Assembly: GCF_040938485.1 (NCBI RefSeq)
Contig: NW_027271023.1
Span: 372,001-436,000 of the forward strand
Direction: 5' to 3'
Length of the DNA stretch: 64,000 nt
Source of the DNA: Diadema antillarum
Taxonomy: Eukaryota
In this document: in pieces, positions 1 through 11,800 of the stretch
Numbering within the stretch: position 1 is the stretch's first letter
Layout: every line of letters starts with the position of its first letter
Position numbers and translations under genes: made by a program
Notes under the pieces: generated by a model
Database searches by the model: none
Seen by the model: only the letters and a program-made list of their open reading frames with translations
What the model was told of the DNA's origin: nothing

Positions 1-553
1 GCCTACATTGCATCAGAAATATATGTATGCAAGGTATACCAGCTAACCAAGTACTCTGTACTGACAAACATGCTGTAGGAAATGAGTGTCTAGCCCTTTG
101 GCACGCGCACCGTGATGCATCACTGAGCAAATAACGAACGTTTTCATTGGTTGATTTAACGTCGCTACGTTAATTCGCTGCGTTAGTCGTTGAGCAGTAA
201 TTCGGAATTGCGTCGCGTTGTAATTATTTACAACACTACGTAATTATTTGCGTCGCGTCGTAATTGGAATTACTACGCAACGTAATTATTTACGTTGCGT
301 AGCATTAGGAATTACAACATGACACTAATTCATTAAATGTCGTGACGTTAAGTCGTTGAGCAGTAATTCGGAATTACGTCGCGTAGCAATTCGAATTACT
401 ACACGACGTAAATAATTACGTCGCGTAGTAATTCGAATTACGACGCGTAGTAATTCGAATAACGACGCGACGTAATTATTTACGTCGCGTAGCAATTCGA
501 ATTACTACGCGACGTATATCCGTGTTTTTGACGGGCTCCTGCTTCCATACCTG
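1..553 (-). mobile_element. Putative DNA-transposon end (possibly hAT-like) inserted into exon 2 of HNMT-like copy 1; other end outside the window
   Basis: Homology of copy 1 to the paralogous exon 2 stops abruptly after AAC GAG ACG TTA (554). The minus strand then reads CAGGTATGGAAGCAGGAG..., followed by a CpG-rich palindromic array. A 5'-CAG terminus is typical of hAT elements; the TSD and second terminus are not visible. Confidence 0.45.
160..516. repeat. Palindromic CpG-rich minisatellite (unit ~ACGTCGCGTAGTAATTCGAATTACTACGCGACGT plus AATTATTT linker)
   Basis: Several degenerate units are read directly. 481-516 (TACGTCGCGTAGCAATTCGAATTACTACGCGACGTA) is a 36-bp palindrome with one mismatch. 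Confidence 0.9.
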
Positions 554-1762
554 TAACGTCTCGTTAAGCCACTCGAAGTTAGCAGCTCCAAGAATTGACC
601 TCGTGCCACTCGACGATTCCTTGGGGACGGCCGACTGGAAGTGCTCAAGGAAGACCCGTGCTGGTTCCACGACCACGTGGTTGAAGCGGGTAAAGCGCTG
701 AGAGAGCATGCGTAGTAAAAGGATGTCGTAATCACCTGCCAGTGAAGAAGATCAAAGAAAATTATGCCGTTCAGTGATTTGCCTTTATGAGCTTTATGAG
801 TTTTGGAACTATGTTGGGGTTGCGGAGCGTTTATCAAATTGGGGTAGAGGCTGACTACCAACCATTTTCAATACCATAAGAAAGAAAAAAAAATCAATTG
901 TTACCCCGCACTCTTAAGTATAAGTCCAGTGTACCGAGATTGTAGTTTGATTATTCAATGAAAATTTCAATCAACTTAGGAATAACTTCAAAAATCCTTT
1001 GAATTCACTTGAATATAGGAAACACACCACTTTTACGAGAGCAGGACTGCAACTCTGCTTAAAGAGTTCTTAGGGATGGACCCTGGAGGTGAACAAAACA
1101 CACCTTTTTTCTTTTGCATAGACAGAACAAAACTGTAGCATTTCAAAAGGTAGAATGCCGAAATTGTAAAACATATGATGTTCTCTCCACCAGTGGACAC
1201 ATCTAAAGATGACATTAATGATTATCGATCATTAGTTCTGCTTTTCATCGCATAGAATGTGACGAGAACAAAATGCTGAGATATATATTCATTATATTTA
1301 CTGGATAACTATTAAACTTGATGAAATCATTGATGTTACTATAAGTCTGTGTTAGCTGGCGTTAATTCTAAGGAATTGTGTAAACATCGACATTCTATCA
1401 CGGTTAAAATCGCAACAATAATAATTTCTCTATTTCTTTTAAAATCTTGCCTACGCATTATTCATTTCCTAAAGGAAGATTAAAAATGCTGTTGACAGCA
1501 AAATAAAATAAAAAGAATGACAAGAAATTTTGAGAGAATGGTCTACTAATATTTCGTCACAGTTTTCTCCTAATTCTACGGTTGACTGGTTTAATTTCAA
1601 ACCGAATTGACTGAAAACGAAAGGAAATGCAAGTATCTATTCCTTGTTCATTGGTTAGGCTTATAAGTGTGTTTACGAAAGCACGGTAATACAGAACAAG
1701 GATCATCTTCCATTTAGCCAAGTTAAACAAAAACTAACACAGTGTTACACACAGACACACTC

Positions 1763-1827
<65 letters not shown>

Positions 1828-2743
1828 CATGAATACAAATGTTCATAGTTACATTATAATTGTCATAAAGTTACTTAATACACGCAAGGAAAGTGTTCGA
1901 AGAGGTATTACTATAAATGTACATAATGTGGATATAGATGTGATGATGCTATTGAATATATTTGCAGATTTTCATGGTCCTAGATATCTTTTGTTATCAT
2001 TAACTGATAAATACAGACAAAATAGAATACTTCACATGCTGGACACGAAATAGATAATGAAGATAACATTTTTTATCATTCACTATTACCGAATACTAGT
2101 AGAAATTATTGCTATATCATGACGTCATGGCTTTGATTGTCATATCGTATACATTCAACCTACAGGCCTCTACCCTTTCGTGTAGCTGTTTGTGTGGAAC
2201 GTTTACTAGCCGTTTAAACTTACTGTCTTTGTTTCACTCAATTTACTGTGTGTGTATTGATTGTTTTTCAGTTACTTGTCTGTTTGTTGTAATGTGAATT
2301 TACTCTCTGTATGGACAAATGGACGAACATCATTGTCATGTTGACAAAACTGAATAATGGCAATCCATTCATTCTATTGATTTATACGGAAAATACATGC
2401 CACTTATTACTGCTATACTACTACTATTACTACTACTACACTATTACTACTACTTCTACTACTACAAGCGCCACGCCAAGGAAAATTGGAACTCTTCTCC
2501 TTTAAGTTATGTGGTAAAAGCGACAGCAATGAACAGTTTGAGACACTCACCTGACCCGCTCCCAACCCCTAGAGACCGAAGGGTGTGGTCCGAGGGGCGG
2601 TTCTCTCCCAACTTGTGAACGACAAGCGCCGGAAAGTTTTCCTCGGCCCATTTCCGGTCGCTGGCGTACTTGCCACTCTTCTCCACAAACACATCGTATG
2701 TCTTGCTGTAATGAGCCAGATCAGTTGTTAACATGTTCATCAT
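554..2743 (-). CDS. HNMT: Histamine N-methyltransferase-like, copy 1 (5' part only; exon 2 interrupted)
   Basis: Exon 1 is 2743-2551 (MMNMLTTDLAHYSKTYDVFVEK...RSLGVGSGSG; donor GTGAGT). Exon 2 starts at 735 (acceptor GGCAG; DYDILLLRMLSQRFTRFNHVVVEP...FEWLNET). The SAM motif I GxGxG and VVEP match the HNMT family. Homology to the paralogs ends at ~554. Confidence 0.8.
1767..1822. repeat. (TA)n microsatellite
   Basis: Direct reading. Confidence 0.95.
2416..2466. repeat. (CTA)n/(TAC)n microsatellite
   Basis: Direct reading. Confidence 0.9.
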
Positions 2744-3258
2744 GCAGTCAGATTATAGTGAGCATTTCACGAGGCACACAATACGGGAAGGCATGTCGGC
2801 CCCTACTATATTTGCACTAAATTATAACAACATTGTTGAACCATGCAAATACTCTATTGTTATGCAGTGGACCATCGGGGATATTTACTACGGGTGACTG
2901 GCCATATGTGTATTGTATATACATTGGAAATCCACAGCTCATCACGTCGTCGTAGTAACAAACAGACTTACTGAGTATTTAAATCAAACAGGCCGATGGC
3001 AATTTGTTGTTCAAGTCGATCAACCGACCCGCTGGTTGACACGGTCAAACAAGGTCCGCGAACTATAGTATACCATATAATTGCAGCCGAGAACTGGGAC
3101 GCAAATCTATGAGAGTAAAAGCCACCAATTGTCGTCGCTGATTGCATAGTATGTTACACCTCCTTTAGAGTTTCTATAGCATAATATCAGAGATAGACGT
3201 GAAGGGAGCGGAAACCGAGGCGGTCAGCGCGCATAATGGCGTTTTTTTCTCTCATTAT

Positions 3259-3601
3259 GGCTAGTAACTGATCAGTGGGAATCAGTGGGAATGCTGGAGG
3301 ATGATTGTTCCAATCCTTGTGGGATTCATTTAAGAGTACATTATATATCTATTGTTGTGTGAAAATTATTTGCTTCAGAATGATCTCATATTCAAGTAAT
3401 GTGCAGTTTAATGTTTCCAGGTTAGCGTGCCTGGTCAGTGACGGGGCATTAATCTGCACATTACTTGAATATGAGACTGTTCTGAAGCAAATAATTTTCA
3501 CACAACAGTAGATATATAATGTACTCTTAAATGAATCCCACAAGGATTGGAACAATCATACCTCAGCATTCCCACTGATTCCCACTGATCGGTTACTAGC
3601 C
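3259..3601. mobile_element. Fold-back MITE (whole element is a near-perfect hairpin)
   Basis: Termini GGCTAGTAAC...GTTACTAGCC flanked by AT on both sides. The arms are about 155 bp around a ~33-nt loop. The track shows near-identical ORFs on opposite strands (3305..3511 + and 3349..3555 -). Confidence 0.85.
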
Positions 3602-4039
3602 ATCCCCTTTAAGTTTGTTTGTAAGGCCTACTCGATTTTGAAATAGGAATTTTGAATGATATATTATTTCAATCACCTGCAGCATATGTTCTTCTAAATA
3701 GTGTAGATAAACTTGGGTGTAACTAATTTTGGCATTTGTTATACCCTTTACAAGCTCCGCTTTTTAGTAGATCACTGCTTTCCATCGATTTACTTACTTT
3801 TGTAGTACCACTGCAAGCATGCATTGTTTATATTCATCCCTCATAATACACTTTATGATCTGCTGTGCTTACAAATCGAACAGTTTATGATTTGTATACT
3901 TTGTAAAAGTATCAGTCTAACTGCATGGACGATGAATGTAGCGGCCAGTTTCCCTAATATTTCTTCTACTCGTCTTTCCAATGAAAAACTTTTTATAGCA
4001 TTCTTCTATCCACGTAAGAGAGTGTATTTCAAGCGTCCG

Positions 4040-5138
4040 TAATAACATGAATGTCTCGTCTGCATATCATTTGTAAGTATAAAGTGTAATTTGATTGACC
4101 ATTCACTGTAAAAACATCGGTTGTAGATTAAACACCACGGGTGTTAAATCTAACACCGATCAAACTTCAATAGAGGACCACACCCACAGGTGTTAAAAAT
4201 GCACTGTGATGGTGTTGAAAAGTGTTCACCTGACACTTCGTGGTGTTAATTTGACACTATACCTGGTGTTATTTTGACACTGTACTGGTGTTAATTCAAA
4301 AATGACACCACATGGTGTTGATTTGATATTTGTTGGTGTTAATATCAATGGTTTAACACCCGTCCAGCTTCAATAAGAGACCACACCAGCTGGTTTTACT
4401 TTGGTGTAAATTCATTTTCTATTCAATATCTAGTATTTTAATCTAAAATTCTTGATCGTCTTGTTTAAATCAAAAATCAACAAGAAGTGCAGTTACTAAG
4501 AAACTCTTCAAAAAACAGTTTAAAATTTGGAAATGACACCCGGAGGTGTTAATTTAACACCATAAATGAGCACCGAAAATTTAACACCAGCTCGGTGTTC
4601 ACTATCTAACACCGGACTTTTTGCAGTGTTTGACCTTTGGTCTGGTCAGACTTCACCGATATTCGAACTCGCCGACCGGTATCTTTGAGGGCTTACTTGT
4701 GGTATGAGTTTCCCGGTCGTGGCTCAATGTGGAAGGTTATTGAGAGTACACCACAATACTGTGAGTATAGTGGTTATCGGAGAATGTTTCTTGACCTTTT
4801 TACCATGACCTCGTCAGAATTCACCCATATTCGAACTTGATCAGCATTCTAATATGTTCTTGTTGGTGCTTGTGAGTTTGGTGATATCAGCTCGAACGTG
4901 TTGAGTTATGGAGCATATGACCTTGACCTTTGACCCTGTCGGACTGAACCCACATCTGAACTTGACCGGCATTTTTAGGTTTAATGTACCTGCGTGGTGG
5001 ACAATCGGTGATCATACCTAAAAGCTGTGGAAGGTTAATGAGGGTATACATCAAGTTTTATAGTCGCCGCCATCGACGACGATGACGACAACGGAAAAGT
5101 GACGCATATGTCTCTATCCTGCGACGCAGGTGACACAA
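4040..5138 (+). mobile_element. TGACCTTTGACC-rich non-autonomous element, possibly Helentron-associated (HINE/Pearl-like)
   Basis: Recurrent TGACCTT(T)GACC motifs and a (GAC)n-like tract near 5075-5090. A short hairpin CCTGC-GAC-GCAGG (5118-5130) is followed by TGACACAA. The superfamily assignment is inference. Confidence 0.45.
4104..4628. mobile_element. CACTA/EnSpm-type MITE
   Basis: Termini CACTGTAAAAA...TTTTTGCAGTG, 2-bp TT duplication on both sides, and many subterminal AACACC/GGTGTT motifs. Confidence 0.8.
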
Positions 5139-5579
5139 CAATAAGTCATACTTTCTCTTCCGACCATGCTATCGGTATAACGCTGCATAAATAGCCTACT
5201 GCATGCTTTATACGCAGACGCCGAACTTTCACAATGTTACCTCTCCTCTTCGCGTGTGACTAACATATTAGGCCTATATTGTTTGTGTGTAATGTAAGAA
5301 AGATGTACGCCACGATTTCTTCTTTTTCTTCTTCTTCTTCTTCTTTCCTGGAATCATGAGTTGGGAAGTTAAGCGTTCTCATCCGTTTTTCAATCTCGTC
5401 ATGGAGAAAGGAAATCGGGGAAATAATGACCTAAAAAAATAAACCACAGTAAAATCGTTTCGTACGAAATCTTTTTATGAGCTTATGAAATTAGCTTGCT
5501 TTATTGAGTATCGAGTGATAGACATGCGCGTTAAACAATCCGTACCATGAAAATCTCCCCGCGATAATAAAGCTCACTG

Positions 5580-5723
5580 NNNNNNNNNNNNNNNNNNNNN
5601 NNNNNNNNNNNNNNNNNNNNNNNNNNNNNNNNNNNNNNNNNNNNNNNNNNNNNNNNNNNNNNNNNNNNNNNNNNNNNNNNNNNNNNNNNNNNNNNNNNNN
5701 NNNNNNNNNNNNNNNNNNNNNNN
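5580..5723. other. Assembly gap (N run)
   Basis: Run of N. Confidence 1.
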
Positions 5724-5859
5724 GTATTCTTTATTATGCAATATTAGTTAATGCAACATCACTAATAACTCCTCATTAATAACTCCTATAATATAGACTG
5801 CCCCTTGGAATAAGCAGGAGGCTATAACAAAATAATATAATATGAATGTATGTTTGAAT

Positions 5860-6001
5860 AATACATTGTTTGTGCTTCTTCTTTATAACTATATCTGTAA
5901 GTTGTTTTTTATTTTACTCAATTGTGTTTCGTATGTGATGCAGGGCCCCTTGCCCCTGCTATACCCTGCTAAAAGAAAACGGAATAGATAAATAAATAGA
6001 T
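5860..6001 (+). mobile_element. Possible CR1/L2 LINE 3' end remnant
   Basis: T-rich tract, then a GCAGGG...CCCTGC stem, then a TAAATAAATA tail, as in CR1/L2 3' UTRs. No coding remnant. Confidence 0.3.
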
Positions 6002-6323
6002 TACAGATACATTAAGGACAGATCAAGACTACATACACGAGTAAAGTAAAACCTGTTGCATGCGATTCCAAAGCACTCATTTCTATTTCTATATACAAAA
6101 TTTTCTCTCATCTTCTTATTTACTTCTTCCCTCTCTCTCTCTTACTATCTCACCCTCTTTCACGTTCCCGCCATTTCAATCTTCGTCACGGTACTTTTAT
6201 TTTGTTACTTGGTCATAACTTTGCCGGAAAAATCAAACGCAAGTCCCCTGAAGCGCACGAAGTTTGCGTTAGAATTGATCCCGTATACGCAATATACACT
6301 GTATCAAGCGCTATTTTGAAAAT

Positions 6324-6358
<35 letters not shown>

Positions 6359-6425
6359 AAAGGTGTGATCCTGATCAAACTAAAGTTGTGTTTGATTCAA
6401 AATAGTGTAAAAACTGCCGACATTG

Positions 6426-6466
<41 letters not shown>

Positions 6467-7332
6467 AAACGCATAAATAGTCAAGGTTCAGCAAAACTCT
6501 GTTGAAATGCATTGAATACTTAAAGAATTACAATGAACCGTGAGAGTAGAGCAGTGACAAAAATCGCTTGAATTTGAACGCCTTGTCATTAATTCGAATG
6601 CAAATCTGATGAAATTGGGCGGGAAAACCTATATATTAAAGACGGTATTTTCTGCGAATGGCTGTGTATAGTTGTAGTGGAATTAAGGAGTTGGCACAAT
6701 GGTCTTTACACCACCTTGAGTTTTGTTTATTTAAAATCATAATTTGTATAAAACAGAGATAGGCACACATGAATACACTTGTATTTCAAAATCCATAATA
6801 ATTAAAAATGTATTCTCAGCTTATTCGTGCATACTGTAACAGCCTTGAAGAGAGGCCAGTTTGTCCTCAGCTGCATTTTTGACCACATGTACTTTAAAAT
6901 CCTACAAAAGGGAAAATTTGCAAAGAAAACAAAGAAAATAACGAAATAGTTCAAACATTATTGATTTAAAACAACCTGTAACGATAGATAACGTTTCTGG
7001 CCGACATTTCTTGAAAGACCACGCAGGCGTCCACAAGGGCGCGGACAAGTCTCGGACAGCAAATTTAGTAATTTCGCATTTATTCGGCAACCTCCCCGCA
7101 CGTTCTTGAAAGAGTCCGTTCACTGTCCTGAACATGAAAAATTAGCGCTACCAAATTTTGATTGAGACCAAAATTTGAGCGCGGAAATGAACTTCCTGAC
7201 ACTTTCGGCAACTTGTTGGGAGGACGTCGTCAGGACATCCCGCTTTTCCGTAACCCTTCCGCCCCTTCCGCAAACGCGCCTAAAAGAATAATGCGGTGCC
7301 TGGCAGCTTCGCGATGAAAGCGGAAGACACCC

Positions 7333-7502
7333 GGGGTGTTTCATAAAGCTGTTCGTAAAGTTACGAACGACTTACGAGCGACTGGTGATCAGTTCTTGTG
7401 CTGAATTATTGAAATTCTGATAAGTATAGCACTTCAGAACTAATCACCAGTCGCTCGTAAGTTGTTCGTAACTTTACGAACAGCTTTATGAAACAGGGCC
7501 CC
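7333..7502. mobile_element. Small palindromic MITE (Harbinger-like)
   Basis: TIR TGTTTCATAAAGCTGTTCGTAAAGTTACGAAC(G)ACTTACGAGCGACTGGTGAT and its reverse complement ending ...CTTTATGAAACAGGGCCCC. Confidence 0.8.
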
Positions 7503-8822
7503 GGAATGTTTTAGGACAGCGCAGTGCCGATGCGGATCAAAAAATGCAAGTACGCGAGGCCGCTGCGGACATTGTGATCAAGAATAAGAGCCAACAGATT
7601 CCTACTAGCAAAAGGATTTTGAAGGTGAATAGTCAATACAGCATTATGCCTATGAAACATAAAACAAAGAAGGGGGAGGGGTGAGGTCCCCATCCTAGCC
7701 TCGCAGCTGATTCTCTCCTCCTCTAATGAGAAACATGTAAATGTCAGTATATCCCGGCGCCAAATGAAGAAGAACAGCAAAAGGCAGTGGACACTTTGTC
7801 AGCAGTAACTAGAAGAAGAGGAAGCAGCCCCCTCCGCTCCGAGTGAACTTTTTTTTCGTTTTTTTTTTCAGAAACAACTTTTTATTTGAGGGGATTTTAA
7901 TAGTTGCCATTACATTGTACATCGTTTTGTTCGATTCAAATGAGACCGAGAAGCTCAAAACCCACAAAAGTGGAACTAGGTCAAACTCTTTTATTTTTAT
8001 ATCTATACTTATGTCAAAGTACTAGTCAAAGTACTAAGTTATAAGTTTGTAAAAATGATTTAACCTGTTAGAATTGGACCATCCTAGCCCATTCAAAGGA
8101 GACCAGGACCATGGCTATCTGAGCATTCTCTAACAGCTTGTATTTGAAGCAATAAGGCAAACTGAATTTCGGCTGGTGTGACGTCCATGACGGTTGTCCC
8201 TCGCCCTACATATTTATACTGCCCGCATATCTAACTCATGTCAAGTTATCCTGATTGTCCTCATTCATGATTTTACCACTCCTGGTGTAATCCTAGCCGT
8301 GTCCGCGCTGTCCAGCTACAATTAGCTTATTCTGAGGTATTTCGCGCTCTTCCTGATTCCTAGCACACTCTCGTAGGAATGTGTGCAGTCAGTCCGCAGA
8401 GATTCTTGGAACTTAGTCCCAGGACAAGCCGATTCGCACACTTTTTCAGCGTCTGACGCGGACAGGATGCCAAAATGACAGACTTTGCTTCCGCAACCCT
8501 TCCTAGACTTGTCCGCGCCCTTTATAGTGGACATCAGCCCCGTGAACGAAATGTACATGTCTTTAAAGTTATAGTTAGCTACCTATGACGTCGCAAATAA
8601 AATATCTCTCCATAGCATGAGTATCAAAAGCTTCAAACTCGCTACACAGGTACAACTCGTTACACCTCATTAAAAACAAAAACAAAACAAAAACAAAACG
8701 TAGATTACATTTGGATGATTTGTTACATGATACTTTTGAGCATGGAATGAGCGATTACTAGTCGTATACGGTACAACACTGATATATGAATAATATATAT
8801 CAAAAAAGACATTGTGCGGACA

Positions 8823-11800
8823 TCAAGCTTTTGTGATGATGACATTTTCCCAAATTCTCCCCATGAGAATGCGTTCGTTGTCATCATCCGGGTCGCAAAG
8901 ACCAGCACCATCCGACCCAGGCTCGAGGTCCGCTCCCCTGGCTACACGGTACTCCCTCGCTAGCTCCCTGTACCTAGTCAACACAGCATCCTCCATTTCT
9001 TTCGTTGCTGTCTCTCGAAAGTGACCGACGTGGGTGAAGAAATCGATCAGCAGATTGCCCTCGGCCGAGCCCTGATCGAACATGCTGGTGATGTCGACGG
9101 TGATTCGCTGCTCGGAGATCATGAATGGGATGGCGAGCTCATTCAGGATTCGCTTGACCCTCGTCGAGCTGCTGTAATCCTCTTCGCGAAATTCGTGAGC
9201 ATTCAGACTAGAAGTGTCTGTATTATGATAAAATTTAATGTACGTGCGTGATATCAAGATAAATGAAGCGATTATAACTGACACCAGGGCAAATTAACGC
9301 CCAGCGTGGAATTTCACTTTTAATATCTCCGGATTTTTAAACTGGGCACATCAATCGAAAGCAAATACAATGTAAATAAAGACAATAAATGTAGATCTCT
9401 ACATGAGTTTGGATTCTGGTGGAGTTGATCTGAATTCCTACAGGCTTGAGTTCTTATAGTACCTTGAATGAAATACCGGAATATTGAAGGTGACGTCATC
9501 AGTGGGTGACGTGGGTGGCAGACATTTCAAATCTCATCTTTTTTAACTTAATAATTCGAATCCTGTGGGTGTTTTATTTAGCAAACTGTGAAACAAAAGT
9601 ATGCATGAAACATGGTCAGAAGAGTGCGCAAAAGAAATGGGACGCGGATGCGGCAAAGGCTGCAAAATGCTGCTAATTCCAAAGTAACTTCAAGGAATTA
9701 CCAGGAATATTATGACCAAATAACAAACGATGATAATAATCATCATCAATGACAATTGTCTCAGGAATGATATAATTGTTCATGTAAATATGAAAAAATG
9801 AAAGTGATATACCTTTCAATAGGGTGGTCAGGAGAATCCCTCCTGGTGCCAGGCTATCGTACAGAAATTGCAAGGCTACACGAAGGTCCTCCACGTAGTA
9901 CAGGCTGTGCACGGCAGATATAAAATCGAACTGCTGCGGCGACCCTTCGTTGCTCTGGCCACTCTTTTTCGCCATGTATTCTTCCAACGTCTCGTTGTGC
10001 CACTCGAAGTTAGCAGCTCCCGGCACAGACCAATCACCACTCGACGATTCCTTGGTGACGGCCGACTGGAACTCTTCCAGATAGACCCGTGCGGGTTCCA
10101 GGACCACGTGGTTGAAGCGGGCAAAGCGCTGAGAGAGCATGCGCAACAAGATGATGTCATACTCGCCTGATGGTTAACAAAGATAAAAGGCGAAAATGTC
10201 GTGCAAGGATTTGTCGTTACGGATAAGCAGTTGCAGACTTATGTTTTATTTTGATTTTAAACCTACATGTAAATCGTCGAGANNNNNNNNNNNNNNNNNN
10301 NNNNNNNNNNNNNNNNNNNNNNNNNNNNNNNNNNNNNNNNNNNNNNNNNNNNNNNNNNNNNNNNNNNNNNNNNNNNNNNNNNNNNNNNNNNNNNNNNNNN
10401 NNNNNNNNNNNNNNNNNNNNNNNNNNNNNNNNNNNNNNNNTTCCGGCGCGCTTGGGTATGTGTCATCTGCGGGGACCTTCGGGTAGCAAAAACTGTTCCC
10501 AGCATTTCACAAGCAATGCTTGCCCAGAAAGGTGGTACATTTGTGTACAGGCCCTTGAGCATGGTCAAATGCAGTTCCGGGTGAATCGCGGGTATTGTCC
10601 GCAGAGGTTCGAGAACACCAGTATAATAGGATGCTCGTATAGCGGCCAAATCTCGCAGGCAACTCCCATGCAGAAAACACGCAGTTGCACTTCGCAATGC
10701 CTGCATGTCGTCCGCAACTAGAACATAAGTTCAACGTAAGCAGCACACGACCAGCAGGTATAAGACGAACACGAAACTAGCCAAAATCCTAGTACATGTA
10801 TCTGCCCGCAGAGAATTATCCCGCGTGCTGGAAAATCCCTACACGCAACAAACCCGCATAGCTTGCCCGGAAAGGTGTGACAGAACGTTTATAATCGATC
10901 TAACATTTTTTGTTCCCACAAGTTTTTGATCAGAGAGGCAGCATTGTCCTCTAGTAATGCTCATCTCATTTTTGTGCGGATTATCTTTATTACATCAAGA
11001 TAATGAAGTTTGCTAAAATGGGTCGTCATTGATAGTGTGTGTGTGTGTGTGTGTGTGTGTTTTCGTCGTGGGCATTTAAGACCAATGAATATTAAAGGTG
11101 TGTACAGTTCTGGTCGAGGTGAAGATTTAGCTTTTAACGTTTTGTGAGATATTCAGAAACCACTCTATGAGATGTCAAAGAGCATGCAGTTCTAAGGGGT
11201 ATCAAAAGTTTATTCGATGAAAATCGGTTTTGAAATGGCTGAGATGTCCAAAAACAAGGTGAAACAAAGAGATACTAATAAAGTTGGGGCATGTCGCCTT
11301 TTATTATTAGCACTTTTTGGGATATCTCAGCCATTTGAAAACCTATTTTCATCAAATAAAAGTTGAATCCTTTTTAAAATTACATGCTCTTTCATATTTC
11401 ATAAGAGGCTTTTTATTATCTCACTGTGGAATGTTCAAAACATGAATCCCTACCTCAACCAGTACTGTACAGTCCCTTTAATATCTAATACAAATACATT
11501 AGAAATACAAGGACTCATATCAATCTGTTTGATTTTACCCTATAAAATAAACCTCGTAAAAGTTTAGATATGTCAATGACTCCTCTTATCTATATTGGTG
11601 CAAACAATATTTGACGTTGACATTATAAGGGCTATGACATTGTCGTTTCCACAGATTTGGTTATCTTGGTTATCTTGCCTATTACTGCACTTTAACAGTG
11701 GGAACGTTATGCTAAATACTCCCTCCAGGTGCTATAGTGTTGTACATGGTGACATCGTAGGCCTACATTATTATTTGGGGGGCTAAACTCCGAGTATATA

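Noticed and set aside
160-516. CRISPR-like array
   Set aside because: The palindromic units abut or overlap without unique spacers, there are no cas genes, and the context is a eukaryotic intron-containing locus.
9218-9284. Upstream in-frame acceptor extending HNMT copy 2 exon 3 (VIIASFILISRTYIKFYHNT)
   Set aside because: The downstream acceptor (AATACAG at 9218) is conserved in copy 3 (TATACAG at 17340) and gives a better HNMT alignment.
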